Shown: positions 28,401-39,461, counted from the first letter of the stretch. The stretch is DNA of 64,000 nt from Candidatus Adlerbacteria bacterium (GCA_903819895.1 CAIJFH010000027.1:1675-65674); one strand, 5' to 3'. A program made the numbers and translations. Notes: generated by a model from the letters alone, not told the origin.

Positions 28401-31391
28401 ATGGAACAGAAACGCAAAAAGATTGTCGCTCTCATCCCTTGCTATAACGAAGAGCGCGGTGTGGCCGCCGTGTTGCAGCGATTCCCGCACGACAAAATTG
28501 CTGCGCAGGGTTTTGATCTAGAAAGTATTGTTATCGACAACAACTCGACCGACAACACCGCCGCGGTTGCGCGCTCGCTTGGTGCGACAGTAATCCACGA
28601 GCCAAAAAAAGGGAAGGGCAATGCGATGCGGCGTGGATTTTATGCGATACCCGATGACGCCGACTACATTGTGATGCTCGATGGCGACGACACCTACCGC
28701 CCCGAAGAGATGTTGCGCCTGGTTGAGCTGCTCGACTCGGGGTTCTGCAGCGTAGCGATTGGCTCGCGGCTGGGTGGCCGCGTAGTCGAGGGCTCGATGC
28801 CGTTTGTAAATCGTGTAGGCAATTGGATTTTTTCGCACCTGGTGCGTTTTTTCTATCGCGCCAATGTTACCGATGTGCTCACAGGTTACTTTGCCTGGGA
28901 TCGTCGCGCACTCGAGCGGCTGCGGCCACACTTGGTGTCCGAAGGGTTTGCGATAGAGATGGAGATGGTGACCAAGCTGGCGCGGCTCGGCGAGGATATC
29001 TACTGCGTCCCCATCACCTACGTCTCCCGCGAGGGCAAGAGCAATTTGCGACCGTTCTACGATGGGCTGCGCATCTTGTGGATGGGTACCAAAAACTTTT
29101 TTTGGCGACCACCGGTTGAACAATTGGTGCCGCCTAGGTTGACACGCAAGCGTCTCGTTGTTGTTGCGCCTTATTTTTATCCAAAGATCGGCGGGCTCGA
29201 GAAGTATGCGCACACCGTTGCTACGGGTATGGCCGCAAGTGGCGAGTGGGAGGTGAGCATCGTCACCAGCAATCACGAAGGACGCGCGTACAAGAAAGAA
29301 GTTGTTGACGGCATGACTGTGCACCGACTGCCAGCGTGGTGGATACTTTCAAACACACCCATCAACCCGCTGTGGTTTTTTTGGCTGCGCCGATTCTATC
29401 GCCAAGAGCGTCCCGACCTAATTCATGTGCATTCGCCCGTGCCGTTTATTGCGGACATGGCGACCTTTGCTGCGGGCAGTATACCTGTGGTGATGACATA
29501 CCATGCCGGCAGCATGGCAAAAGGTCGTACGAGTATTGATCTGCTCATCCGTTTGTATGAAAAGACAGTGTTGCGCGCGGTATTTCGTCGTGTCGACGCG
29601 ATTGTTGCTGTGTCTGCGGCCGCAGCGCCGCAGGAGTTGGCATCGGTACAACACAAGGTGCACTACATATCCCCCAGCGTCGCCATCGAGTCGTTTACTC
29701 CCACACCGCTGCCGACACGGCGCGAGAAAGTAGTGCTGTTTGTGGGGCGGATCGAGCAGAGTTCTGCCTGGAAAGGGATTGATCCGCTATTGCAATCGAT
29801 TGCACTGCTGCGCCAACAGATGCCACAGGTGCGGCTGCATTTGGTGGGGAGCGGGGACGCAGTCGAGCAGTATCGTGCGCGAGCAACTGCGCTTGGTATT
29901 GGCGATTATGTTTCGTTTGCGGGCACCCAACGAGGCGCTGATTTGGCACAGCAGTATGCAAACGCCGATGTTGTCGTCTTGCCCTCAACTTCGGCGTCCG
30001 AGTCGTTTGGCACGGTACTCATCGAGGCAATGGCCTCGGGGCGGCCGGTGGTGGGCTCGCGTGTGGGCGGCATCCCGCAAGTGATCGACCACGAAGAGAC
30101 CGGGTTGCTGGTGCCACCCAACGACCCGCGTGCGCTGGCAGATGCGCTCGCGCGTATCTTGTCTGACACTTCGCTCGCGACACGTCTTGCCACGGCAGGG
30201 CTCCACAAAGCGCAAACAACCTACACCACACAGATACAACATGCACGTTACCGTTCGCTCTATGCGAATATGCTGCAACAAACACAGAGCGTGCCGGTGG
30301 TGCACCTTTCGGCATATTACCCACCACACACGGGTGGGCTCGAGCGGGTCGCACAAATGTGCGTTGAGGGGCTCGCGGCGCGCGGATACCCAACACGCAT
30401 CATCACCACGACGCAAAGCGGATTAGCACCTGGCACCACCACGACTGGCAATATCACCACCACCGTGCTGCGCAGTGTCGAAGTCGCGCATACGCCCGTG
30501 GCACCGGGGTTGGTGTGGGAGTTGTGCATGCTTCCGCGCGGCTCCGTCTTGCATATCCACCTGGCGCAAGCATTTTTCCCCGAGGTGCTGCTGATGGTGG
30601 CGTGGCTGCGCGGGATGCGGTACGTCGTGCACTTTCATCTGGACGTAGCGCCGTCGGGCACCTTTGGTCGTGTGTTTGTGCTCTACAAACGCATCGTGTG
30701 GCACGCGCTGTTGCAGCATGCTGCGCATGTTATTTCCTGCGCACAGGATCAGGTTACTATTCTCGAACAAAAATTTGGCGTACCGCCCGAGCGCGTCACC
30801 GTTATCCCAAACGCCGTTGGCACCGACTTTTTTAGCAATCGCGTGTATCAACCGTCGGATGATACCCTGCGCATCTTGTCTATTGGGCGACTCTCGGCAC
30901 AAAAGCGCATCGACCGATTACTCGAGGCATGTGCATTGCTCACCATCCCGTACACACTTACTATCACAGGTGATGGCGAAGAGCGTGCAGCACTCGAGGA
31001 GTTGGCCACGCGGCGCGGTCTCACCAACGTGGTGTTTGTGGGGAAGAAAACTGACAGGGAGATGCAAGCATTGCATCGCACACACGACCTGTTTGTCGTG
31101 CCGTCCGACAAAGAGGGGATGCCGCTTGCAGTGCTTGAGGCGATGGCAGCGGGACTGCCTATCCTAGCAACACGAGTCGAGGGTTTGGCCGAGCTGCTCG
31201 ACGGCGTTGGCGTGCTGGTTGATGCGCCCTACGAGCAAGCGCTCGCGCGTGCGATAGAACAGCTGTGGCACGACAAGACACAACTGGTCGCTCTGTCCCG
31301 CAAAAGTATTGCCAAAGCAGCTACCTATCGCTGGGAGCGTTTTATCGATTCGCTCTTGTCTGTTTATACTACCTACGTATGCGCACATTAA
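28401..31391 (+). CDS. Tri-domain glycosyltransferase GT2(DPM-like)-GT4-GT4
   Basis: IPCYNEE/DNNSTD/DGDDTY (GT2); ESFGTVLIEAMASG and EGMPLAVLEAMAAG (two GT4 domains). Confidence 0.9.
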   Translation: MEQKRKKIVALIPCYNEERGVAAVLQRFPHDKIAAQGFDLESIVIDNNSTDNTAAVARSLGATVIHEPKKGKGNAMRRGFYAIPDDADYIVMLDGDDTYRPEEMLRLVELLDSGFCSVAIGSRLGGRVVEGSMPFVNRVGNWIFSHLVRFFYRANVTDVLTGYFAWDRRALERLRPHLVSEGFAIEMEMVTKLARLGEDIYCVPITYVSREGKSNLRPFYDGLRILWMGTKNFFWRPPVEQLVPPRLTRKRLVVVAPYFYPKIGGLEKYAHTVATGMAASGEWEVSIVTSNHEGRAYKKEVVDGMTVHRLPAWWILSNTPINPLWFFWLRRFYRQERPDLIHVHSPVPFIADMATFAAGSIPVVMTYHAGSMAKGRTSIDLLIRLYEKTVLRAVFRRVDAIVAVSAAAAPQELASVQHKVHYISPSVAIESFTPTPLPTRREKVVLFVGRIEQSSAWKGIDPLLQSIALLRQQMPQVRLHLVGSGDAVEQYRARATALGIGDYVSFAGTQRGADLAQQYANADVVVLPSTSASESFGTVLIEAMASGRPVVGSRVGGIPQVIDHEETGLLVPPNDPRALADALARILSDTSLATRLATAGLHKAQTTYTTQIQHARYRSLYANMLQQTQSVPVVHLSAYYPPHTGGLERVAQMCVEGLAARGYPTRIITTTQSGLAPGTTTTGNITTTVLRSVEVAHTPVAPGLVWELCMLPRGSVLHIHLAQAFFPEVLLMVAWLRGMRYVVHFHLDVAPSGTFGRVFVLYKRIVWHALLQHAAHVISCAQDQVTILEQKFGVPPERVTVIPNAVGTDFFSNRVYQPSDDTLRILSIGRLSAQKRIDRLLEACALLTIPYTLTITGDGEERAALEELATRRGLTNVVFVGKKTDREMQALHRTHDLFVVPSDKEGMPLAVLEAMAAGLPILATRVEGLAELLDGVGVLVDAPYEQALARAIEQLWHDKTQLVALSRKSIAKAATYRWERFIDSLLSVYTTYVCAH

Positions 31392-33736
31392 GTACAAGAG
31401 TGGGCTTGGTCGTACTGGTGGCCATACTGTGGTCGCTGTTTGTCTGTCTGTGTGTGTCTGGCAACAACACGCTCCAGCTCGAGACACTGCTTGGTGTTGT
31501 GTTGTGCGGGTTCGTGCCCGGGTGGTGTTTGTTGCTTGGGTTTCGATTGCAATTCCCTCCATGGATACTACTCGCCTTGTCGGTCGCAGGGAGCATTCTC
31601 GCGCTGATGCTGGTGGTGCTCACGGGCAACACCGTGCTGCCATGGGTGGGCGTTGCCGCGCCGCTGGATGCGCCCGTGGTCTTGGTTGAGATCACCGCAC
31701 TACTCGCAGCGTCGCTCGTGTGTGCATGGTTTCAAATTAATGATTGGCAGTTGAGTATCAGCACCTGGGTGCGCACCGTCTACCCGCGCGGGCGGGATGT
31801 GTGGCTGTCGCTCCTGCCGCTTTTGTTTGTAGTGCAGGCAGTGTACGGCGCGTTTGTGCTCAACAATGGTGGCAGCGAGTACCTCACGCTCGCGCTCTTG
31901 GGCGAGATACTCATCTACTTCTCGGTGTTGGTGCGCATGGCGCCTTCGGTCGAGGACAACACCATCGCGACCGGCATGTCACTGGTTGGCGCGGCACTGC
32001 TGTTGATGACCAGCATGCGCGGGTGGCATATCACCGGCCATGATATCCAACGCGAGTTCGCGGTCTTTCAACTCACCAAAACCAATGGCGTGTGGAGCAT
32101 GGCTGCCTACCGCGACGCGTACAACGCATGTCTCAGCATCACCCTGTTGCCAACAGTGTTTGCCAACGTGCTGCGTCTCCCCGATGTGTATATTTTTAAA
32201 TTGCTCTTCCAGCTCTTTTTTGCGCTCGTGCCCGGGGTGGTCTACCTGACTAACCGATTTTGGCTACGCCGAGAGTACGCTATTTTGGCGACGATATATT
32301 TTGTTGGCTTTCCCACCTTTTTTCTCGATATGCCATTTTTGGTGCGGCAAGAAATCGCCTTCCTCTTTTTTAGTTTGATGCTCTATGTGCTGTTTGAGCC
32401 GACGCTTGGGCTGCGTGCGCGACGCCTGCTATTTATACTCTGTGGTGTTGGCGTAATTTTATCGCACTACTCGACCACCTACACCACGCTGTTTGTGCTG
32501 CTCTTGGCAACACTGACCTACCCGCTGCTTGTGCGCGCGCTCACCAGTACGTGGATGCCAAACCGGATTCGCGCCGCACCAGTGGTGGCGGCACTGTTGC
32601 GTGAGACGGCGCTGCGCGGTCGGCAACTCACCTTTGGTATGGTTGCCTGTTTGATCGCCCTCAGTTTGGTGTGGACATCGTCGGTGACACACACGGGTGG
32701 CAGCGTGACCCGCGTGGTGCTCGAGACACTGGGCGCAGTGCGCGATGGATTTACCGAAAATAGTCGATCGGTTGATGTGGTCAATCTATTTACGTTTAGC
32801 AAAGCGAGCCAACAGCAAGAGCTCGATGCATATATCAAAGACACCGTCGTACCAACACGCAACAGTGCTGTGCCAAGCACCTATGTGGCAACCTCAACCT
32901 ACGCGGCCTACACCTACACCGCGCTACCCGATGAAAAGCGCCCCGACACCGCGCTGAGTGTCAGCATCAAACAAGCGGTGGGCATTGACGCGGGCACCAC
33001 CAGCGCGCTGTTGGGACAATTGGTGGCAAAGTTGATGGAGTTGCTCGCGCCGCTTGGGCTTCTGTGTGTGTTGTGGCGGCGGGAGAGTGTGCGACGTATT
33101 AATTTGGAGTATCTGCTCTTGGTGATATTCTCTTTTGTATTTATTGCAATGAATATCATTCTGCCGGTGTTGTCGACCGAGTATGGCATCCTCCGCGCGC
33201 TCCTCCAGTCGTTGTTTATCATTGGTCCATTAATTGTCATTGCAACGGTGTTGCTCGGTGATGCACTCGCAACAATATCGACTACACACAGCTGGAGATC
33301 AAGCACTATCCCGCTCATCATCGCGCTGCTCTTCTTTGCTTACAGCACCGGGTTTGTGTCGCAGTTGTTTGGAGATAATGCGCCGCTCCTGCATCTCAAC
33401 AACAGTGGGCGCTACTACGACTCGTACCTGGTCCAGGGCGCAGGCATCGCTGCCGAGCGTTGGCTGCTCGCACAAAACAGAGGGGCAAGCACCATCGCGG
33501 TTGACCACAACTTCGCGCAGCAGTTTGCGCTGACAGATGTCTCGTTTGCAGATGGGATATTTCCCGGGCTTGTCCGCCGCGACGCGTTTGTGTTTGTGAC
33601 ACAACCCACCTACACAGATGGTCGCGCGTCGCTGCTCTACAACGGCGACCAGGTGGTGTACTCCTACCCGACGCAATTTCTCGACGCAACAAAAGATCGC
33701 ATCTACGACAACGGGTTTGCACACATATACCGATGA
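31379..33736 (+). CDS. DUF2206-like polytopic membrane protein (probable GT-C/polymerase)
   Basis: Many TMs; GHDIQRE, YNACLSITLLP, RQEIA, SHYST and RIYDNG motifs. Confidence 0.72.
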   Translation: MRTLSTRVGLVVLVAILWSLFVCLCVSGNNTLQLETLLGVVLCGFVPGWCLLLGFRLQFPPWILLALSVAGSILALMLVVLTGNTVLPWVGVAAPLDAPVVLVEITALLAASLVCAWFQINDWQLSISTWVRTVYPRGRDVWLSLLPLLFVVQAVYGAFVLNNGGSEYLTLALLGEILIYFSVLVRMAPSVEDNTIATGMSLVGAALLLMTSMRGWHITGHDIQREFAVFQLTKTNGVWSMAAYRDAYNACLSITLLPTVFANVLRLPDVYIFKLLFQLFFALVPGVVYLTNRFWLRREYAILATIYFVGFPTFFLDMPFLVRQEIAFLFFSLMLYVLFEPTLGLRARRLLFILCGVGVILSHYSTTYTTLFVLLLATLTYPLLVRALTSTWMPNRIRAAPVVAALLRETALRGRQLTFGMVACLIALSLVWTSSVTHTGGSVTRVVLETLGAVRDGFTENSRSVDVVNLFTFSKASQQQELDAYIKDTVVPTRNSAVPSTYVATSTYAAYTYTALPDEKRPDTALSVSIKQAVGIDAGTTSALLGQLVAKLMELLAPLGLLCVLWRRESVRRINLEYLLLVIFSFVFIAMNIILPVLSTEYGILRALLQSLFIIGPLIVIATVLLGDALATISTTHSWRSSTIPLIIALLFFAYSTGFVSQLFGDNAPLLHLNNSGRYYDSYLVQGAGIAAERWLLAQNRGASTIAVDHNFAQQFALTDVSFADGIFPGLVRRDAFVFVTQPTYTDGRASLLYNGDQVVYSYPTQFLDATKDRIYDNGFAHIYR

Positions 33737-34920
33737 AAATTTTATGGATTACATCGTCCGGGTGGAAGGAGGGTGGTGTCGAGAACTACCTCGCACTCCT
33801 GCGTCCACAGCTCGAGGGGCTGGGGCACACAGTGCGCATCCTGTCGAGCAACGATCGCCCCGACATGCCGCACTTTAGTGATGTCGAATACGCAACCCCG
33901 TCGGGGCCACTGCGGCCACTTGGCTACAGCATCAACCCGAGCGCCTATCGGACACTGCGCCGCGTGCTCGCCGAGTATGCACCAGACCTCGTGCATATCC
34001 ACACTATTGGCCATGCATCGCCCGCGATACTGTTTGCGTTGCGCGATGTGCCAACCGTGTTGACGGTGCATGGGCCAGAAGGATTTATCAAAAGTTTGCT
34101 GGTGCATTGTCTCCCGATGTCCGACTTTGTTGGCGCCGTACGCAGTAAGCGCCACTTGCGATTTGTTGGATGGGCGAAATATGTGTACCACCGCTGCGTC
34201 AATGGGCCGCTCTATTGGTTGGGGTTCCGCAATGTCGATCTGGTGATTACGCCAAGTGTATACATGCAAACATTGGTTGCTCGCGATGGGTACGCCAACG
34301 TATGTATCCCCAACGGGACAGCATTGTTTGCGCATCATCCACTGTCTGCAACAGAACTCACGCCAACGGTTGTGTTTGCGGGGCGGCTCGAGACCTACAA
34401 AGGAGTCGATTGTTTATTGCGCGCGTTTGCAGAGGTACTCAAGACCATTCCCGATGCGCGGCTGATTATTGCGGGCGATGGCACCGAGCGAGAACATCTC
34501 GAGCAGTTGACGCGCGATCTCTCGCTTACTGCGGCAGTTGAGTTTGTAGGTCACGTGGGACGTAGCGAGGTAGAGAACATATATCAGCGTGCGGCGTTGG
34601 CCGTGATGCCATCCACCTGGGTTGAGGCGTTTGGACTCTCGGGTATCGAGGCGATGAGTGTTGGCCGCCCGGTCGTTGCGTCGCGGGTTGGTGGCATACC
34701 GGATTGGTTAATCGACGGCACAACCGGCTACTTGGTGCCGCCACAAGATACACGCGCGTTGGCAGGGGCGATCATCAAACTGCTTGCGAACCCTGACACG
34801 CTGCAAGCGATGATGCACAACGCGCGAGCGCGAGCAGAAGCGTTTGGTATCGAGCAGCACGCCGTGCAGATACTCGACCTTTATGCCGCTGTGGTGCGGC
34901 AGGTGCGCAGCAAGAGGTAG
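33733..34920 (+). CDS. Glycosyltransferase family 4
   Basis: FAGRL..YKG and EAFGLSGIEAMSVG motifs. Confidence 0.9.
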   Translation: MKILWITSSGWKEGGVENYLALLRPQLEGLGHTVRILSSNDRPDMPHFSDVEYATPSGPLRPLGYSINPSAYRTLRRVLAEYAPDLVHIHTIGHASPAILFALRDVPTVLTVHGPEGFIKSLLVHCLPMSDFVGAVRSKRHLRFVGWAKYVYHRCVNGPLYWLGFRNVDLVITPSVYMQTLVARDGYANVCIPNGTALFAHHPLSATELTPTVVFAGRLETYKGVDCLLRAFAEVLKTIPDARLIIAGDGTEREHLEQLTRDLSLTAAVEFVGHVGRSEVENIYQRAALAVMPSTWVEAFGLSGIEAMSVGRPVVASRVGGIPDWLIDGTTGYLVPPQDTRALAGAIIKLLANPDTLQAMMHNARARAEAFGIEQHAVQILDLYAAVVRQVRSKR

Positions 34921-36128
34921 CTCACAACACTCGCGACCACGTGGCCGGCAAGCCAGGCGACACCAATGCCAGCGAGGCCAAAGGGGAGCAGCACGTATCC
35001 GAGCCCGCATATCGTGCCCATATAAAAAATATTGATGATGATAAGCCAGTTAGAGTTGCCCACGACACGGAAGTAGGTCTCGAGCAGCGACAGCGCACAC
35101 ACCGCGAGCCCGGTTACGGCGACCAGTTGCAAAAAGCGAAAGCCCTCGACCGAGTACGCCTTCCCAAACATGCTCAGCAGCAACCCGCCGCCAACACACA
35201 GCACCACGACTGCGGGCACCATCACGGCGGCCATGAGTTTGAGCGATTTGCGCACATTGGCTGCAAGCGTCTCTGGGTCGCGCGACCCTTCGGCAAACAG
35301 CGAGCGCGTGGTTGTCCACGGCACGGCATAGAGCAAGTTGCCGATCATCATCGCAATACTAAAGAAGGCGGCTTTGGCCGGCCCGAGCGTGTCGATAATC
35401 ATAATCGGTAGTATCGTTGCTGGCAGGAGGTTGAGTATGCCCGCGACATAGTTGCCCGCCGAGTAGCCGCCGACGCGCCGGAGCACCTGGGCATCAATCT
35501 GCACCGCTGGCACGTAGGCAAAGGAGCGCAGCAGCACCAACACACTCAGCACTAGGCCAATGGTTTGTGACACGCCAACTGCAAGAAAGATACCAACCGT
35601 GCCGCTGTGTACAAAACACAACAGGAGCACAATCCGCGAGGCAGAAAAGAGCGTGTTGATAATGAACGTATACTTTGCCGCGCGATGTGCGAGAAAGATC
35701 GAGTCGGTAAGAATGTTAAGCGCCGTCGCTGCGCAGAGAAAGATAAAAATAAGTGGCAGCACGACGCCAGCGCGAATAAACAGCAGCACGGGTGCCAACA
35801 CACCAACAAGCGCAAGAAACACGCCCGCAATGAGCACCGCGGCGGCGGCAACCACCAGCATACCCGTGTTGATTGTCGCGTCTTTGTGTGTGGTACTAGG
35901 GAGAAATCGCACCAGCGCGGTGTCGAAGCCAAGCAAACTAAGCATCGCGATCAGGTTCATCACCGCGATGAGTGTGGTGGCGAGCCCAACGTCGGCAGGT
36001 GAGAAGATGCGCGATGCCAATAGCCAAAAAAAGAAACCAAACCCTGCCATCACTCCTGTGGCGAGCAAGAGGTAGAGCGAGTTGCGAAAGAGTCCATCAG
36101 CGTACCAAGCAAGAAAGCGTTTCTTCAT
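34881..36128 (-). CDS. Oligosaccharide flippase (Wzx/MOP family)
   Basis: About 12 TMs; NSLYLL...GFGFFFW and LG...AL.RF motifs; located in the glycan locus. Confidence 0.85.
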   Translation of the reverse strand: MKKRFLAWYADGLFRNSLYLLLATGVMAGFGFFFWLLASRIFSPADVGLATTLIAVMNLIAMLSLLGFDTALVRFLPSTTHKDATINTGMLVVAAAAVLIAGVFLALVGVLAPVLLFIRAGVVLPLIFIFLCAATALNILTDSIFLAHRAAKYTFIINTLFSASRIVLLLCFVHSGTVGIFLAVGVSQTIGLVLSVLVLLRSFAYVPAVQIDAQVLRRVGGYSAGNYVAGILNLLPATILPIMIIDTLGPAKAAFFSIAMMIGNLLYAVPWTTTRSLFAEGSRDPETLAANVRKSLKLMAAVMVPAVVVLCVGGGLLLSMFGKAYSVEGFRFLQLVAVTGLAVCALSLLETYFRVVGNSNWLIIINIFYMGTICGLGYVLLPFGLAGIGVAWLAGHVVASVVSYLLLRTCRTTAA

Positions 36129-36197
36129 ACTTCTATAGTGCGCATACTGGCATGCTTGGCACTATTTGTCGACTCGTGCATCTGCTATAGTGTACAT

Positions 36198-37370
36198 ATG
36201 CGTATCCAGCGAACAGTGTTCGCATTGGTGATGGTTGCCGTACTTGTGGCGACCGCTGCGGTGCTGTTTGCTGTAACAAATCATACAGCAACTGTCTTGA
36301 GTGTCTCTGCCAACGGACGAAGCGCAACGACGCGACAACACGCGGTCGCACAACCCAACCAGGAGGTGGGGTTGTCGGTAGGGAATACGCTTGAGTATGC
36401 AAACGACGCCAACCGCGATGCGGCACTCGACGACATACAGTCGCTTGGCGTCACCTGGCTGCGCTTTGATGTCGCATGGAGCGATGTGCAGAGCGACAAC
36501 AGCACCACCTACGATTGGACATCCGTCGACAACGTGGTTGCTGCAGCGCAGGCACGCGGGTTGCATCTCTTGCCGATTTTGGTTTATACGCCCACGTGGG
36601 CTCGGTTGCCAAGTTGTGCCAACACCGCATATTGCGCGCCTGCCGACCCCGACCAATTTGCCGCGTTTGCGCGCACTGCCGCAGAGCGTTATGCGCCGCA
36701 AGGCGTACACGACTGGGAGATTTGGAACGAGCCCAACATGGGTAGGTACTGGGGGAGCGCGGGCAATATCGTTGGGTATGCAACATTGCTTACCCACGCC
36801 AGTACTGCAATCCGCGCTGTTGACCCATCTGCAGTTGTGGTCACCGGCGGGTTGAGCCCTGCTGCAACCCGCGGCGCCGACATTTCCCCCACCGACTTTT
36901 TGGAGGGGTTGTACGACGCCGGCGCAGGCAACTCGTTTGATGCGGTGGGCGATCATCCCTACAGCTACCCGGTGCCACCCAGCTACGCCGAGGATTGGAA
37001 CGCGTGGCAGCAGATGGACGCGACACCAACGAGCATCCGCAGCGTCATGGCCGCACACGGCGACGCGGCGAAACAAATTTGGATTACCGAGTACGGCGCA
37101 CCAACCAACGGCCCAGGCACAGAGGCAACCGAGAACAACTACCAACTTGATAACGCGCCCGACCACGTCTCGGAGGCGCTCCAAGCGCGCATGTTGTCCG
37201 AGGCGCTCCAAGCGCACGCAGAGGATCCGTGGGCAGGGCCACTGTTTTGGTACTCATACAAAGACCTGGGCATCACGACCGATACCAACGAGAATTTTTT
37301 TGGATTGATTCGTTTTGACGGCAGCAAAAAGCCGTCTTACGCAATTCTTCAGCAAAACTTCATACAGTAA
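36198..37370 (+). CDS. Secreted clan GH-A glycoside hydrolase (GH5/GH39-like)
   Basis: WEIWNEPN acid/base, WITEYG nucleophile, HPY; N-terminal TM. Confidence 0.85.
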   Translation: MRIQRTVFALVMVAVLVATAAVLFAVTNHTATVLSVSANGRSATTRQHAVAQPNQEVGLSVGNTLEYANDANRDAALDDIQSLGVTWLRFDVAWSDVQSDNSTTYDWTSVDNVVAAAQARGLHLLPILVYTPTWARLPSCANTAYCAPADPDQFAAFARTAAERYAPQGVHDWEIWNEPNMGRYWGSAGNIVGYATLLTHASTAIRAVDPSAVVVTGGLSPAATRGADISPTDFLEGLYDAGAGNSFDAVGDHPYSYPVPPSYAEDWNAWQQMDATPTSIRSVMAAHGDAAKQIWITEYGAPTNGPGTEATENNYQLDNAPDHVSEALQARMLSEALQAHAEDPWAGPLFWYSYKDLGITTDTNENFFGLIRFDGSKKPSYAILQQNFIQ

Positions 37371-37427
37371 TGCTAGTGTTTGGGTGTTATCTACCCATTA
37401 CACACGCTTTTTATCTTTTCATCCGTC

Positions 37428-39437
37428 ATGATTAGTTCTTCACACGCAGCTCGTCGCATGTTTGTCGCCACGGTTTCATCTGGTGTATTGGTCGTTGCGC
37501 TCGCACTACTCGCGACACCACAGCGCTCGTTTGCTGCTGGGTCGGGATGTTCGTTGCACAACACGGTTGTCTATACCGTAGCGCACGAGGACGACTCGCT
37601 CTTGTTTCAAAGCCCCGACCTGTTGCACGACATTCAAAATGGCGATTGTGTCCGCACGGTGTTTATGACCGCAGGTGACGCAGGACAGGGCTCGACCTAC
37701 TGGCTTGGTCGCGAACAGGGTGCGCTGGCTGCATACGCAACGATGGCAGGCGTGTCCGACACATGGGCACAATCCGACGCAGGTGTTGCTGGCCGATCGA
37801 TCCCTTTGTTTACTCTTTCAAATAATCCAAAAATATCGGTTGCATTTTTGCGATTGCCAGACGGCGGTGTCGACGGGAGCGGGTTTGGCCACGGGAGTAT
37901 GCAACAGTTGTGGACCGGTGCCACCTCGACCTTGTCGACGGTTGATGGGCTCAATACGTACTCCAAGCAGGACATCGTCAACACACTCGCGACATTGCTC
38001 ATTGCCTATCAACCATCGCGCATCAACACGCAGGACTTTGTGGGCACCTTTGGCGGCGGCGACCATAGCGACCACTACGCGACCGGGCTCTTTACACAGA
38101 GCGCGCAAGCGGCATACCCCACGCCGCACACGCTCTATGGCTATGTGGGCTATTTGTCGGCGCTCCAACCTGCAAACGTGTTTGGTGCCGACCTTGCGGC
38201 AAAGATCCAAGCGTTCTTCGCATATACACCGTTTGATACAGACGCTTGTCAAAATTACGCGAGTTGCGGCGGTGCCTACGATGATTGGCTTAATCGCCAG
38301 TACTACGCGGGCTCCCAAGCAGGCGGCACGGTTGACCAATGCCCCAACCTCGATGGCATGCAAACCACAATCCCGAACGGGTATCAGCTCAACAGTGCTG
38401 GCAACTGTGTGCCGAACCCAAACATCTGCGAGTCGGTGGTGAGCGATACGACTGACCTTGCCAACGGTTTGCCCGTAGTCGCGGCCTTTGTGTCGCCCTT
38501 GTGGACAGCGGGTGCAAATATCCCAGGTGCCACATGGATCTGGAACGCATACCATGTCACCGACCCAGCAAACGGCGAGACGGTCACCTTTAGCAAAACC
38601 GTCTTTGCCACCACCACACCCACAAACGCATCCATTGTTGTTGCGGCAGATGATACCTTTACTGCGTCGCTCAATGGGACACAATTTGCCTCAAGCTCGG
38701 CAGCGGGGTTGTACTTGGCGGGCAATGAGCAGACCTACGACGTCACCGCGCTTATGCACGCGGGGTCAAACACATTGACCTTTGCGGTGCACAACATGGC
38801 AACCGGCGACACCAACCCCGAGCTAAACCCCGCAGGTCTTCGCTATAAACTTGATATCACCGAAGCATCGTGTGTTGCCACTTCGACCGCAACCTCGACA
38901 CCCGTCGTGCCGGCCCCAACCCCAGCACCCACGCCGGCCCCGGTCATCTTCCCAATAATCCCGCCAGTGTCTGGTGGCGGCGGCGGGATTCTCTCCGGCC
39001 CGCTGTCGTTCGGATACCATATACCAGCGCCCGTGGTCGCACCAACCACACCAACAGGCCAAGTGCTCGGCGCCTCGGCATACAACTTTACCGTTGACCT
39101 TTCGCTCGGATCCAACGGGGCGGCAGTGACGGCGCTGCAGCAACTGCTCTTGCAGGGCGGATTCTACAACGGCCCGATTACTGGCTACTTTGGCCCGATG
39201 ACGCTCGCGGCAGTAAAGAAGTTTCAGATTGCGCACAAAATTACTCCGGCAAACGGCTACGTTGGCCCAACCACCCGCACGATACTCAACCAAGGTGTAA
39301 CACCAAAAACAGCTAACGCCGGGTCGTCTACACCGCTCACGGCGGCACAAATCCAGTCGCTCGTACTCCTCTTGCAATCCCTCGGTGCGGACGCAACAAC
39401 AATCAACATCGTCAACACAGCGCTGAGCACTCGATAA
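37428..39437 (+). CDS. Secreted PIG-L family deacetylase with beta-sandwich and peptidoglycan-binding domains
   Basis: AHEDD, TAGD, RLPDG and DHSDH motifs; ATWIW...ADD...NG module; LSLGSNG..V..LQ..L...TGYFGPMT.AAV.KFQ. Confidence 0.82.
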   Translation: MISSSHAARRMFVATVSSGVLVVALALLATPQRSFAAGSGCSLHNTVVYTVAHEDDSLLFQSPDLLHDIQNGDCVRTVFMTAGDAGQGSTYWLGREQGALAAYATMAGVSDTWAQSDAGVAGRSIPLFTLSNNPKISVAFLRLPDGGVDGSGFGHGSMQQLWTGATSTLSTVDGLNTYSKQDIVNTLATLLIAYQPSRINTQDFVGTFGGGDHSDHYATGLFTQSAQAAYPTPHTLYGYVGYLSALQPANVFGADLAAKIQAFFAYTPFDTDACQNYASCGGAYDDWLNRQYYAGSQAGGTVDQCPNLDGMQTTIPNGYQLNSAGNCVPNPNICESVVSDTTDLANGLPVVAAFVSPLWTAGANIPGATWIWNAYHVTDPANGETVTFSKTVFATTTPTNASIVVAADDTFTASLNGTQFASSSAAGLYLAGNEQTYDVTALMHAGSNTLTFAVHNMATGDTNPELNPAGLRYKLDITEASCVATSTATSTPVVPAPTPAPTPAPVIFPIIPPVSGGGGGILSGPLSFGYHIPAPVVAPTTPTGQVLGASAYNFTVDLSLGSNGAAVTALQQLLLQGGFYNGPITGYFGPMTLAAVKKFQIAHKITPANGYVGPTTRTILNQGVTPKTANAGSSTPLTAAQIQSLVLLLQSLGADATTINIVNTALSTR

Positions 39438-39461
39438 TACTAGTGGTGCTATCATATACGT

